Origin: an uncultured delta proteobacterium
GTDB taxonomy: Bacteria > Desulfobacterota > Binatia > Binatales > Binataceae
Assembly: GCA_963765675.1 (NCBI GenBank)
Contig: CAVXXK010000004.1
Coordinates: forward strand, 128,001 to 192,000
Direction of reading: 5' to 3'
DNA: 64,000 nucleotides
The notes under the pieces were generated by a model. The model had not been told where the DNA came from, did no database searches, and saw only the letters and a program-made list of their open reading frames with translations. Positions within the stretch are counted from its first letter, which is position 1. Every line of letters starts with the position of its first letter. This document shows positions 1 to 9,405 of this stretch, piece after piece. The translations under genes and the position numbers were made by a program.

Positions 1-861
1 CGGCACCAGCCCGGTGTCGGAAAACTGCTGCTGCGGATAGCAAAGGATCACGCGGCTCGACGATGTATCGAACGCGTTACCCGACACGCCCCGATTCGCG
101 AGCGCCGTGGCTACGGGAGTCGAGGGTGCAGAATCGATCAGCGCCATCGCGCGGATCGTATTCGCCATCACCGCGAGCGCGCTGGCGACGTCCTCGTTCT
201 GCGCGTAGCCGGGAGCGGCGAGCAGCTTCGCGAAGAAACCCATTGTGCCGTATGTAGTCTGCAGCGCCTGGATACCGGTGTAGACCCCGCTGGTCACCGC
301 TCCGATTATGTCCGCGTCGAGGACCTTGGTCGGATCGGCGTAATTGAACGAGACGGTTACCGCCTCTCCGGCGGTCAGCGCGCCGCCCGCGAGGGCGGTG
401 ATAACACCGTTGACGGCATCGAGCGAATAGTCAGTCCCAAGGACGTAGGTCGTCGAGCCCGCCTGGTTCTTTACTACTACCGCGCTGACGCCCATATGTC
501 CCAGATTCAGCGCCTGGGCGCCGGATGCCGGGAAGCTCATCGCCTGCGCCGTGATCGCGGTGAAGTGGCGCGTCGGGTCGAATACGTTGACGACAATCGC
601 CTGGCCCGCTCCCTGCTCCTGGATTGCCGCGAGCGCATAGGGAATCGTATATCCCTGGATGAGCGGGCCGAAGTTCGCGGCGTCGAGCGCCGAGCTGACC
701 AATGTCGGAGAATTAATCGCGGGTGCGACGGAGGGCGCGGCTACCGCCCACGATGGCGCGGTACCGATCAGTCCAATCACGGCGGACTTGACGACGGTGA
801 CCGGATTCGGCCCAGTAGTAACTTCGATCACTTCGACCCCGTGCAGGAAGCTTGCTGACAT
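1..861 (-). CDS. Contractile phage tail sheath protein (3' end outside window)
   Basis: Manual translation from ATG 861: MSASFLHGVEVIEVTTGPNPVTVVKSAVIGLIGTAP..., typical P2 FI-like sheath N-terminus; frame open to the window edge. Confidence 0.9.
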   Translation of the reverse strand, partial: MSASFLHGVEVIEVTTGPNPVTVVKSAVIGLIGTAPSWAVAAPSVAPAINSPTLVSSALDAANFGPLIQGYTIPYALAAIQEQGAGQAIVVNVFDPTRHFTAITAQAMSFPASGAQALNLGHMGVSAVVVKNQAGSTTYVLGTDYSLDAVNGVITALAGGALTAGEAVTVSFNYADPTKVLDADIIGAVTSGVYTGIQALQTTYGTMGFFAKLLAAPGYAQNEDVASALAVMANTIRAMALIDSAPSTPVATALANRGVSGNAFDTSSSRVILCYPQQQFSDTGLVP

Positions 862-902
862 GTCCTGTTACCTCGCGCGGGGACGCTGCCCCGCGAATTC
901 AA

Positions 903-1724
903 TTAGTTCGTGGGCACGGTTTCATCGGCCGCCGCGATCACCTGGTCTGCGAAGGTATAGCCGACCTGTACCGTCTCACCGGTGGAGACCGCGCCGCCCG
1001 CGAGCGCGGTAATAATTCCGTTTACCGCGTCGAGTGAGTAATCGGTTCCGAGACTCAACACCGCGCCGCCCGGCGCGGTGACGACCACCGCGGAGAGGTT
1101 GCCGTTGGGGAGCTGGATCGTTCCCGCCGGGCTGAAGGTAAACGGCGCCGGCGCGAGCGTGACCTGGCTCTGCCCGCTTTCTTCCATCGCGACGCCGCGA
1201 ATGAAAAGTGGAAAGTTCGGCGCCGATGACGATTGGACCGCGACCGTCGAGAGCTCGAAAGTGGTTCTATAAATCCACACCCCGCCCTGTTTGTCGCGCT
1301 CGACGAACTTTTCGGATCGCGGATAGATCTGGCGGCATCCGGGGATGCGGAATCCGGTCAGCGCCGCGCGAACCGCTTCGATTACTGAGTATGCGCCGGG
1401 ACTCGGGCCGCTAGGCTCCGCGCCATAGCTCCATCCGAGGTCGCGCATCATGATAGTCACACCGAACTCCATCAACCGTTCCTGGATAATCGCCGACGTG
1501 TCGAGCATCACGCCGTATTTGGAACCAAGATACTGCACCAGCGCGGCGCCGACGCGATGCGTCAGCCGGTAGGACTCGGGCTGATCGGGATAGTGAGCGA
1601 CCTCGATTCCCGCGACCTGCGCCGCAATTTGCGCGACGATAGCAACTTCGATCGTCGCGATATCGATCGCGGTCGGCGCAGTGAAGGTCTCGCCGTTCCA
1701 CGGCGTATCCAGCATCGCAGCCAT
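903..1724 (-). CDS. Mu gp37-like tail completion protein with extra C-terminal beta domain
   Basis: Position between gp36 and sheath; VAHYPDQPESYRLTHRVGAALVQYLGS...AYSVIEAVRAALTGF motif. Confidence 0.75.
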   Translation of the reverse strand: MAAMLDTPWNGETFTAPTAIDIATIEVAIVAQIAAQVAGIEVAHYPDQPESYRLTHRVGAALVQYLGSKYGVMLDTSAIIQERLMEFGVTIMMRDLGWSYGAEPSGPSPGAYSVIEAVRAALTGFRIPGCRQIYPRSEKFVERDKQGGVWIYRTTFELSTVAVQSSSAPNFPLFIRGVAMEESGQSQVTLAPAPFTFSPAGTIQLPNGNLSAVVVTAPGGAVLSLGTDYSLDAVNGIITALAGGAVSTGETVQVGYTFADQVIAAADETVPTN

Positions 1725-1727
1725 CGC

Positions 1728-2162
1728 CTAGTACCCCTTGAGCCGGCCGCGGCTGAACACGCGCCGGGGGCCGGTGACCTCTTCGGCCGCGCCCGCGACC
1801 GGAGGCTCGGCGTTGTCGGGCGCAAGGCCGAGTGTCAGCTCGCCCGCGCTGACTTTGGTCAGCATCGCGATCGCGTCGTCGTAGCGGCGCCGCGCGTCCG
1901 CGAGATCGTGCAGCGGCCGCAGCGCCTGCAGCCGGTACATCGCGATATCCGACGCGAGCCGGTTCAGCACCTGCGGCGGATCGCTGAGCGGCAGCGCGAA
2001 ACGCGCCTCGAGGTAGCTGTCGATCTCCGCCGACGCGTCGTCGAGCGCCTGAGTAAGCGAATCGGTGTTGACGGTGGTCGCGGCCGGATCCTCATTGGTG
2101 AGCTGAACCAGATCGCGATTCGGATAGCGATTGATAATGTCCTGTGGCTCCGCGTAACTCAC
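1728..2162 (-). CDS. Mu gp36 / DUF1320 head-tail adaptor
   Basis: MSYA...ALDDASAEIDSYLEARFALPL...RRYDDAIAML...RVFSRGRLKGY signature. Confidence 0.9.
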   Translation of the reverse strand: MSYAEPQDIINRYPNRDLVQLTNEDPAATTVNTDSLTQALDDASAEIDSYLEARFALPLSDPPQVLNRLASDIAMYRLQALRPLHDLADARRRYDDAIAMLTKVSAGELTLGLAPDNAEPPVAGAAEEVTGPRRVFSRGRLKGY

Positions 2163-2199
2163 GCCCGGATACCTCTGCTTGATGCGTTCGCGTTTGAGC

Positions 2200-2240
2200 G
2201 CCCCCGCAGGCTCGGCGCGAGGCCAAGACCTGCGGGGGTC
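2200..2240 (-). terminator. GC-rich hairpin downstream of capsid gene
   Basis: CCCCCGCAGG...CCTGCGGGGG inverted repeat in the capsid-gp36 gap. Confidence 0.45.
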
Positions 2241-2316
2241 ATGGACGAAGCCAGCGCGGCGGGAGGAGGAATCACCGCGCGGGCGCAGGGAGAATATGCA
2301 GTCAATCGCGTCATGA

Positions 2317-3264
2317 TTACGCCAGATACTCGCTGACGATCAGGTCCGCGCTGTTGCGCCAGATGTTGGTAGTCGCGACGCTTGCGCTTGCGCCGGTGCC
2401 GGCCATGAATTCGGAATTGAGTAATTGGCGAGCGACTTCTTCGAGCGACGGCGGGACGACCAGGAACACTCCTGCGCGGCCCGAGAGCGCTCCGAACGGC
2501 GCGCCGCCGTCGGTGGTGAACGATCGCATCGCGGCCCGGACCGCGCCGTAGTTGGCGGGATTACTCAGATCGGTATTGCTGGCGTATGCGAGCTGCCACA
2601 GCCCGACGCCGGTGTTCGCGCGTCCATCAACACCGTAGCGGAACTCGCGCCGGTTGAAGACCGCTTCGTCCGTCATCGCGCTCATCCGTGTGACCGCGTA
2701 TTCGCGGCGCAGCTGGAAGATAAACGGACGAATCGCGCGCGACGCGTCGACCAGGAACCAGTAATCTCCGGTGCCCGAGGTGTTGATATTGGCCGCCGTG
2801 GTACCGCCCGACTGATTGAGTAGTCCCACGGGATGCGCTGCGGAAAAGAACGGCTGACCGTCATAGCCAGTCACGGCACTGGGAGTAGCCACCGCGGTTT
2901 TGAGCATCGAGAACAGCAGCATGTCGGGATGCATCTTGGTGTCCCAGCCGAGCTGCTCGATGATCGGCTCATAGACGCCGTAGGTATCGTCCTCGATATC
3001 GTTGCGATCGATCGCGACCGTGTCTTCAAAGTTGCGGTTCACGATCGTGTAGGTATGCGCTTCGAGCGCCTGGACGACGCGGTCGCCGAGCCATTCGCGA
3101 AACCTGGTCGTGCGGCCGAGCCACGGATAGGTGGTCTGGCGCGAGCCGGAACGCACCACGCTCGCGATTTGCTCGTAGTAGGAGGGCGGCTTCTCGAATC
3201 CGCGCTGAAAGACCACGTCGAAGCCGGTGAACAATGCGGTCAGATTGGCGGCGCTGATTTCCAT
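2317..3264 (-). CDS. Mu-like major capsid protein (gpT)
   Basis: YPWLG...FREWLGDR, RNDIEDDTYGVY, YDGQPFF, FRYGVDGR motifs; 315 aa. Confidence 0.95.
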   Translation of the reverse strand: MEISAANLTALFTGFDVVFQRGFEKPPSYYEQIASVVRSGSRQTTYPWLGRTTRFREWLGDRVVQALEAHTYTIVNRNFEDTVAIDRNDIEDDTYGVYEPIIEQLGWDTKMHPDMLLFSMLKTAVATPSAVTGYDGQPFFSAAHPVGLLNQSGGTTAANINTSGTGDYWFLVDASRAIRPFIFQLRREYAVTRMSAMTDEAVFNRREFRYGVDGRANTGVGLWQLAYASNTDLSNPANYGAVRAAMRSFTTDGGAPFGALSGRAGVFLVVPPSLEEVARQLLNSEFMAGTGASASVATTNIWRNSADLIVSEYLA

Positions 3265-3295
3265 GATTGCAATTCCTCTTGCGGCTGACGCTCGG

Positions 3296-3778
3296 TTACG
3301 CGGCGGCGGACGCCTGATGCCAGAAATCGACCCACACCTGCCCGCTCGGATCGAGCGCGACCACTTCGCCCGCGGCGGCGTATTGCTGCACGCTCGCGCC
3401 GCTTGCGCGGTCGGTGGCGGTGAGGGTGTGATCGTCGAGCGCGAAGCAGATCGCGCCCAGGTCCGCGATCGTGATCGAGTTGTCCTGGTCGTAGAGGAAC
3501 ACGCCCTTGCGCGCCTTAACCGAGATCGCGCCGGCCGTGCCGGGATTGTTGATCGCGTTCTCTCCGGGAATCCCGTTTACGACGTTCTCGGCGCGTCCGA
3601 CGATCTTGAGCGCGTTGGCGGTCGTAGTGGTGGCCGATGCCGGCACCGCGTAGCCATTGGCGTCGATCGCGAGCATCCCGCCCAGGTACACGTTGGTGTT
3701 CGCTTCGACGCCGAACACGCGCATCCGGCCGTCGTCGGAAAGCTCGGGCGTGTTGCGTGAATTAGTCAATCCAGCCAT
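3296..3778 (-). CDS. Putative capsid cement/decoration protein
   Basis: Lies between protease and capsid; IDANGYAVPA...GQVWVDF pattern seen in Mu-like heads. Confidence 0.65.
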   Translation of the reverse strand: MAGLTNSRNTPELSDDGRMRVFGVEANTNVYLGGMLAIDANGYAVPASATTTTANALKIVGRAENVVNGIPGENAINNPGTAGAISVKARKGVFLYDQDNSITIADLGAICFALDDHTLTATDRASGASVQQYAAAGEVVALDPSGQVWVDFWHQASAAA

Positions 3779-3799
3779 GTCTGCACATGCTCCTTGCTG

Positions 3800-4378
3800 T
3801 TAGCGGTCGCCGCCGGGCGAAAGCAGGCTCAGGAAATCCGCGCGTCCGTTTTTGCGCCGGACGAAATCGGCCGCGCTGACGCCCAGTTGCGAGCAGATCG
3901 CGAGCTCGGTCGCGCCGAGCGAGGTGCGTGCCCCGGATGCTCCTGGGGCCATCGGGGGCTCGTTGTCGAAGCCCGATGCCGCACCCAGAATCGCGGGCTG
4001 GCGCGCGACGAAGGAGCTGAAGCCGGCGGGATCGGCGGCGCAGTAGGCTATAGCCCATTCGCGCTGCGCCGGGACGAGCTTGCCGGCGCGCGTCGCTTCG
4101 TCAACCGCCTGCGCGGCGCGGTCGCGCGCGCGTTCCGCGCGCATCGCATTGAGCTCGGTGAGCGCCTTCTGGAACTCCGCGATCGCGACGAAGCGCGCGG
4201 GGTCGAGCACGCGGGTGTTGGCCGCCGCCGCGTCGCCGCCCGCGCCGCTGTCGTCATTGCCGTCGTTGTCATCGTTGTCCCCGGCGAGATCGCGCACGGC
4301 GGCAAGCACCTGCTCAGGCGCCGCGCCGGGATCAAGGCCCAGGATCTCCCGCAGCTTGTTCAGGAACTCTTCCATCAT
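3800..4378 (-). CDS. Internally initiated scaffolding protein (Mu gpZ-like)
   Basis: In-frame ATGATG preceded by an AGAGGA Shine-Dalgarno just after the protease domain. Confidence 0.6.
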   Translation of the reverse strand: MMEEFLNKLREILGLDPGAAPEQVLAAVRDLAGDNDDNDGNDDSGAGGDAAAANTRVLDPARFVAIAEFQKALTELNAMRAERARDRAAQAVDEATRAGKLVPAQREWAIAYCAADPAGFSSFVARQPAILGAASGFDNEPPMAPGASGARTSLGATELAICSQLGVSAADFVRRKNGRADFLSLLSPGGDR

Positions 4379-4942
4379 GCTTTCCTCTGGGCTCGCGGCG
4401 TGGGTTGCCGCCGCGGCGATTGCGGTCAGGTAAAGATTTGGATTGTTGGTCAATCCCGCGCGCAGCAGCCGAGTCACGCGGCCGCTTGCCGGATCGAACT
4501 GGAACACCGGCGAGACGTAGCGATACTCGCGCGCGGCGATCGCGGCCGCCGCGCGCGCGGTCCATTCGACGCGGCCCCATACGGCGCCTGCGCGGACCGC
4601 AAACTCGACAATCCATCCGGCTGCGGGCGCAGGCCGTCCCGCGGGAGCGCCGAAGTCGGTCGCGTGGTCGTAGTCGATCGGCAGCCCGGCAGCCATCGCC
4701 AATGCGCGAGACGCAGCAATCACGTCCGCGGCATCTTCGACCCGGAACGGGCCGCGGCCGTCGCGGCCGTTGAAGACTCCCGCCGGCAGAAGCTCGATCC
4801 AGTCGGGCGCCACTGCGTCCTGCCCGCCCGGATTCGCGGGAGCGGCGGGCGCGCCGGCGGTATCGACCGCGGAAGGACGGTTCAGTTTGCCTGCGTCCAA
4901 TCTGCGGTCACCACCGGCGCGTGTCTGGAGGTGTTTGCCCAT
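3800..4942 (-). CDS. Mu-like prohead protease I (gp32) with scaffold domain
   Basis: WIELLPAG...GRDGRGPF, PIDYDHAT, EYRYVSPVF, GLTNNPNL motifs. Confidence 0.93.
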   Translation of the reverse strand: MGKHLQTRAGGDRRLDAGKLNRPSAVDTAGAPAAPANPGGQDAVAPDWIELLPAGVFNGRDGRGPFRVEDAADVIAASRALAMAAGLPIDYDHATDFGAPAGRPAPAAGWIVEFAVRAGAVWGRVEWTARAAAAIAAREYRYVSPVFQFDPASGRVTRLLRAGLTNNPNLYLTAIAAAATHAASPEESMMEEFLNKLREILGLDPGAAPEQVLAAVRDLAGDNDDNDGNDDSGAGGDAAAANTRVLDPARFVAIAEFQKALTELNAMRAERARDRAAQAVDEATRAGKLVPAQREWAIAYCAADPAGFSSFVARQPAILGAASGFDNEPPMAPGASGARTSLGATELAICSQLGVSAADFVRRKNGRADFLSLLSPGGDR

Positions 4943-4950
4943 CGAGAGGC

Positions 4951-4996
4951 ATTTTGCGGCGAATCAAAAAAATAAATAAGGCTGAACAGTTCAGCC
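4951..4996 (-). promoter_or_regulatory. Putative activator-dependent late promoter of head operon
   Basis: Perfect dyad GGCTGAAC-N-GTTCAGCC, T-tract, then CAAAAT -10; matches the motif at 18959-19004. Confidence 0.7.
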
Positions 4997-5335
4997 ATGA
5001 ACAAATCTGGCAAAAACCCGAACGACTGTTAGGGAGAAAAACGAGCGGCTGAAAAAGCCCGCAAAAACGGCGAAGCCGTTGTGGCAGTGGGACTTCCCGA
5101 AGGATGATGGAGCGCCTTTTTCGAGGTGCGCGCGTGCGACCTGGCCAAAATGGACGTGTCAAAATCCTACTTACAAAACCGGTTTTTCGGCATTGCGCCG
5201 GCGTGCAGACGACGCTTCGCGTCGCCCGACGAGCCGTCGGCATCCACTGGCAGAAGCGGGCTCAGAGCCAGTAGGACCGCCGGCCGCGGGGGATGCCCGG
5301 ATGGCTCGATCTGTGTAGTCTGCGGTTCGATCGCG

Positions 5336-6143
5336 ATGAAAAAATCTGATCCGATAATTGAAGTTTCGGGGCTGGTAATCGAGCGCGAGGCCGCGATCCT
5401 GCGCGGTATCGACTGGCGCGTCGACCGCGGGCAGAACTGGGCGATCCTGGGCGCCAATGGCTCGGGAAAAACCTCGATGCTCCGCGCGCTGACCGGATAC
5501 CTGCCGCCGACGCGCGGAACGATCCGCGTCCTGGTCGAGACCTTCGGCCGCTCCGACTGGCGCGAGCTGCGCACCCGGATCGGGATGGTCAGCTCATCGA
5601 TCCAGCAGCTCATGCCGGAGAACGAAACCGCGCTCGACGCCGTGCTCTCAGGCAAATTCGCGATGATCGGCTATTGGGGCGACGCCGCGCCGCGCGACCG
5701 CCGCGCCGCCGCCACGATTCTGCGCCGGGTCGAGGCGCACGCGCTCGCAGAGCGCCCGTGGGGCTATCTGTCGCAGGGTGAGCGCCAGCGCGTGCTGATC
5801 GGGCGCGCGCTGATGGCCGCGCCGCGGCTCCTGATCCTCGACGAACCGTGCGCGGGCCTCGATCCGGTCGCACGCGAGCATTTCCTGCAATTCATCGAGC
5901 GGATGGCGCGGCAGGCGCGCGGCGCCCGCGATGATTCTGGTGACGCATCATGTCGAAGAGATCACGCCCGCATTCTCGCACGTGCTCGTGCTGCGCAAGG
6001 GGCGCGTGCTCGCCGCCGGTCCGCGCGCGCGAGTGCTCAACTCGAAGACGCTGTCCGCGGCCTTCGGCGCTCCGGTGCACCTCGTGCGCAAGGGCCCGCG
6101 CTACGCGCTGACGGTGCATCGCACGGCCTCTCATGTGATGTAG
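5336..6143 (+). CDS. ABC ATP-binding protein (ModF/YlmA-like), frameshifted at ~5920
   Basis: GANGSGKT, LSQGE, LILDEP; C-terminus ILVTHHVEEI continues in another frame. Confidence 0.85.
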
Positions 6144-6156
6144 CTGGATCGCGAAA

Positions 6157-6195
6157 AGCGAAGGCCCGGATTGCTCCCAGGCCTTTCGCCGTTTC
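6157..6195. terminator. Probable terminator between convergent genes
   Basis: GCGAAGGCC...GGCCTTTCGC hairpin. Confidence 0.5.
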
Positions 6196-6242
6196 AGTGC
6201 GAATCCGGATCAATCCCGGTGATAAACGCTTAGACCGCCGTG

Positions 6243-9128
6243 TCACTTCCCGATTCCCGACAGTTCGACCGATCGGGGCGAACCTTCGGCGTTGTCGGAA
6301 ATCGCGATCGAGGCCTCGACGCGGCCCGCCGACTGTGGCGCGAAGGTCACGTCGATCGAGCAATTCGCTCCGGCAGCGAGCACTCGGGGGCACTGATTTG
6401 CGACCGTGAAAGGAGCCGGCGCCGGGTCAACGCTTTCGATTATCACCGCGACTGAGTGCTTCGACTTTTTGTTGATCACCTTCACTTGTCTGACGCGTGC
6501 AACGCCGAGCTTGACCTTCCCAAAATTCACGCGCAGCGGTTTGATCGTGATTCGCTCCGCGACGGCCGTCGGCGTCGCGGTCGGTGTCGTGGTGGCGGTG
6601 TCCGTCGGGGAGGCGGTCGCGGTCGGCGTCGGCGATACGGTCGCAGTCGCGATGGGAGTGGCGGATAGGGTCGCCGACGGGGTCGGCGTGAATGTCGGCG
6701 TCGCGGTCACGGTCGGCGTCGGCGAGGACGGTGGGTCCGGATACATCAGGACCCGATTATTCCCGCTGTCGGCGACGTAGAGATTGTCGGCGCTGTCGAG
6801 GGCGAGCGCGCCCGGCGCCCAGAGGCTATCGGGACCCAGGCCGTCGAGATCATCCGGCGCGGCGCCCTGGTTGGAGCCAATCGCGCTCATCGAGCTCTGT
6901 CCGAACACCGCGATCGCGGCGGGCGCGGCAGGATATGGCGGAGCAAACTCGAGCACGCGGCTGTTGCCGGAATCGACGATATACAGATTGCCACGAGGGT
7001 CGAGCGCGACCGCCGCAGGCGCGTCCAACGTCGAGGCCGACGCACCTCCGGCATTTGCGATACTCGAGGTAAAACTGCCGTTTTGCCCAAACACGACGCT
7101 CGCTTGAGGCGCGGCCGAAAAAGGCGCCGTGAACTCGAGCGCGCGATTGTTTTCCATGTCGGCGATAAACAGATCGCCCGCGATGTCGGCCGCGACCGCG
7201 CCGGGAGCGCATAGCGTGAGCGCCGTGCTCAAGCCTCCGCCGTTGCATTGATTAGTGGTGAAATTGCCGCTCTGTCCGAACACGCGTATCGCAGCAGGCG
7301 CCGCGACGAATGGCGGTGGGAATTCGAGCACGCGCGAGTTACCGCTATCCGAGATAAACAAGTCGCCAGCGCGATCGAACGCGACCGCGGAGGGACCGAG
7401 CAGCGACGACGCGCTCACCGACCCGGGAGGAGTGCACGCGCTCGCCTCGAAGCTGCCGCAGGTGCCGAAGACCCTGATTGCTGGAGCCGAATCGACGCAC
7501 GGATAAGGACCGCAGGCCGCCGCCGGCGCCGCGAACTCGAGCACGCGGTTGTTGCCTGAATCCGCGACGAACAGGTTGCCGCTCGAGTCGGTCGCCGCGC
7601 CCTCCGGTGCGGAAAGGGTCGTATCACTTTCCGCCACGCCTGCGTTGGGCCTCGACGAAATGAAATCGCTCTGCCCAATCACGATATCGGCCGTACCGCT
7701 GGCAGGGGCCGACGGACCGATCCATCCCAGTACGCGATTATTCTTCGTGTCGGCGAGGTAGACCGCGGTCTGCGCGCCCGCGACTGCGATCGCGACGCCG
7801 CCGGGAGCGTCGAGTCCGGCGCCGTCGACACGATTTATCGCGCCGTGCGCAAAATCCGGTTGCCCGAGCTCGCCGCTCGCCGACGCGGTCGGGAACGAGC
7901 TTCCCTCGTTGAACTCGAGCACACGATTATTGCCGGTATCAGCCGCATAGAGATTGCCGGCGCCGTCGATCGCAAGGCCGCCCGGGCCGGACAGGCTCGT
8001 GGAACTCGGATTTTCTTCGCTCAGTCCGATGGTGAGGTTCGCCGTCGTGTTCGATAAGGTAACCGCCTTTTCGTAGATCAGGATCTCGTCACCTTGATTC
8101 CATCCGATATATAGATTCCCTGCGCCATCGACGGCGATCCCGGACGGTTCGCTCACGACCTCGGTGCCCGCGAAAACCAGATTTGCCGCGGTCGAGTTGC
8201 GCCCCTTCGCGCCGAAGGGTCCGGTGTATTCGAGCGCGCGGTCGTTTCCGGTGTCGGCGACGAACAGATCTCCGGTACCATCGAGCGCAAGCCCGACGCT
8301 GCCGAAGGGCGCGCCTCCGATGTCGAAGCATAGCGTGGACGCGGTCGCGCTCGAGCCCTGGTTGCAGGCCGCTCCGCTCGCGACGCTCTGCCCGAAAATA
8401 AGACTCGCCGCCGTGCTGATGGGTTGCGTTACGCGACCGCCCGAAAATGGCGTGAAGTAAACTGTCACGCGATTATCACCCGCATCGACGACGAACAGAT
8501 TGCCGGCGCTATCGAGCGCGAGACCCTCGGGCCGGCACAGCGTCGCCGCCGAGACCTGACCACTCGCGCATCCAGCGCTGGATTGAAAATTTCCGCCTTG
8601 ACCGAACACGGCTGCGGCCACTGCGCCGGCGATTGGAGTACCATTGAATCCCGCGAGCGGGGCGCCGAACACCGTCACCCGATTATTCCCGCTGTCGGCG
8701 ACGTAGAGATTGCCCGAGCGATCCACGCCAACTCCTGCAGGAGCCGAGAGCGTGCCCGCGCCCGGCGCACCGCCCTGATTTGGCGCCGACGACAGGAAGT
8801 CAGGTTGCCCGATCACGATATCCGCCGCCGCTCCGCTGACGAATCCGCCCGCATCGTCCCATCCGAGCACGCGGTTGTTCGCGGTATCAGCGACCCAGAC
8901 GTGATTGGGCGAGGCGGAGGTATCGATCGCGACCGCGCTCGGCGCCGCCATCCCGGTGCCATCGACAAAGTTGGGTGCGTTTTTGTAGAAATCAGCCTGG
9001 CCGAAAACCAGGCTCGCGACCTGCTGATCGCCGGCAATCGCGACAAGCGCGGCCATCGCGCCCGCAGCGATCACCGCCGCGAAGGCATAGCAGGATCTGC
9101 GCCGGACGATAGTCCGCGCACTTGCCAT
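6243..9128 (-). CDS. Secreted NHL-repeat protein with Pro/Thr linker and C-terminal ASH/Ig-like domain
   Basis: Signal peptide; many GNLYVADSGNNRVL repeats; PTPTATPT linker; CSIDVTFAP...VELSGIG. Confidence 0.88.
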   Translation of the reverse strand: MASARTIVRRRSCYAFAAVIAAGAMAALVAIAGDQQVASLVFGQADFYKNAPNFVDGTGMAAPSAVAIDTSASPNHVWVADTANNRVLGWDDAGGFVSGAAADIVIGQPDFLSSAPNQGGAPGAGTLSAPAGVGVDRSGNLYVADSGNNRVTVFGAPLAGFNGTPIAGAVAAAVFGQGGNFQSSAGCASGQVSAATLCRPEGLALDSAGNLFVVDAGDNRVTVYFTPFSGGRVTQPISTAASLIFGQSVASGAACNQGSSATASTLCFDIGGAPFGSVGLALDGTGDLFVADTGNDRALEYTGPFGAKGRNSTAANLVFAGTEVVSEPSGIAVDGAGNLYIGWNQGDEILIYEKAVTLSNTTANLTIGLSEENPSSTSLSGPGGLAIDGAGNLYAADTGNNRVLEFNEGSSFPTASASGELGQPDFAHGAINRVDGAGLDAPGGVAIAVAGAQTAVYLADTKNNRVLGWIGPSAPASGTADIVIGQSDFISSRPNAGVAESDTTLSAPEGAATDSSGNLFVADSGNNRVLEFAAPAAACGPYPCVDSAPAIRVFGTCGSFEASACTPPGSVSASSLLGPSAVAFDRAGDLFISDSGNSRVLEFPPPFVAAPAAIRVFGQSGNFTTNQCNGGGLSTALTLCAPGAVAADIAGDLFIADMENNRALEFTAPFSAAPQASVVFGQNGSFTSSIANAGGASASTLDAPAAVALDPRGNLYIVDSGNSRVLEFAPPYPAAPAAIAVFGQSSMSAIGSNQGAAPDDLDGLGPDSLWAPGALALDSADNLYVADSGNNRVLMYPDPPSSPTPTVTATPTFTPTPSATLSATPIATATVSPTPTATASPTDTATTTPTATPTAVAERITIKPLRVNFGKVKLGVARVRQVKVINKKSKHSVAVIIESVDPAPAPFTVANQCPRVLAAGANCSIDVTFAPQSAGRVEASIAISDNAEGSPRSVELSGIGK

Positions 9129-9405
9129 CGCGCCCCCCTTTTTTGATCTCGCGCCTGACCGCTAGCTGGCCAACCAGCGCGACATCGCCCGTATAAGCGC
9201 ATTATGAACAAAATTCTGGTGAATTAGAATAGGAGCGTGTGCCGATCCCCCGGCCCGCGCTGGATCACGACAGACCATGCTCCCGCTTGATTTGTCTCCC
9301 AGATTACGTAATCTGCCGTCTCTCTTTTGTGGCTTTAACGACTTGGCGGCGCGATGCTACAGTGCGCCTAACTATTGATTCGGCGCTCGAAAGGAGACCG
9401 CAAAC

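Noticed and set aside
2159-2314. 51-aa ORF at the Mu gp35 position
   Set aside because: No RBS or recognisable motif; overlaps a hairpin
1-4942. R-type tailocin or eCIS
   Set aside because: Capsid, protease, portal and terminase are present; no eCIS ATPase is seen
6560-6730. Tandem-like DNA repeats
   Set aside because: Explained by the Pro/Thr linker coding sequence; not a CRISPR array
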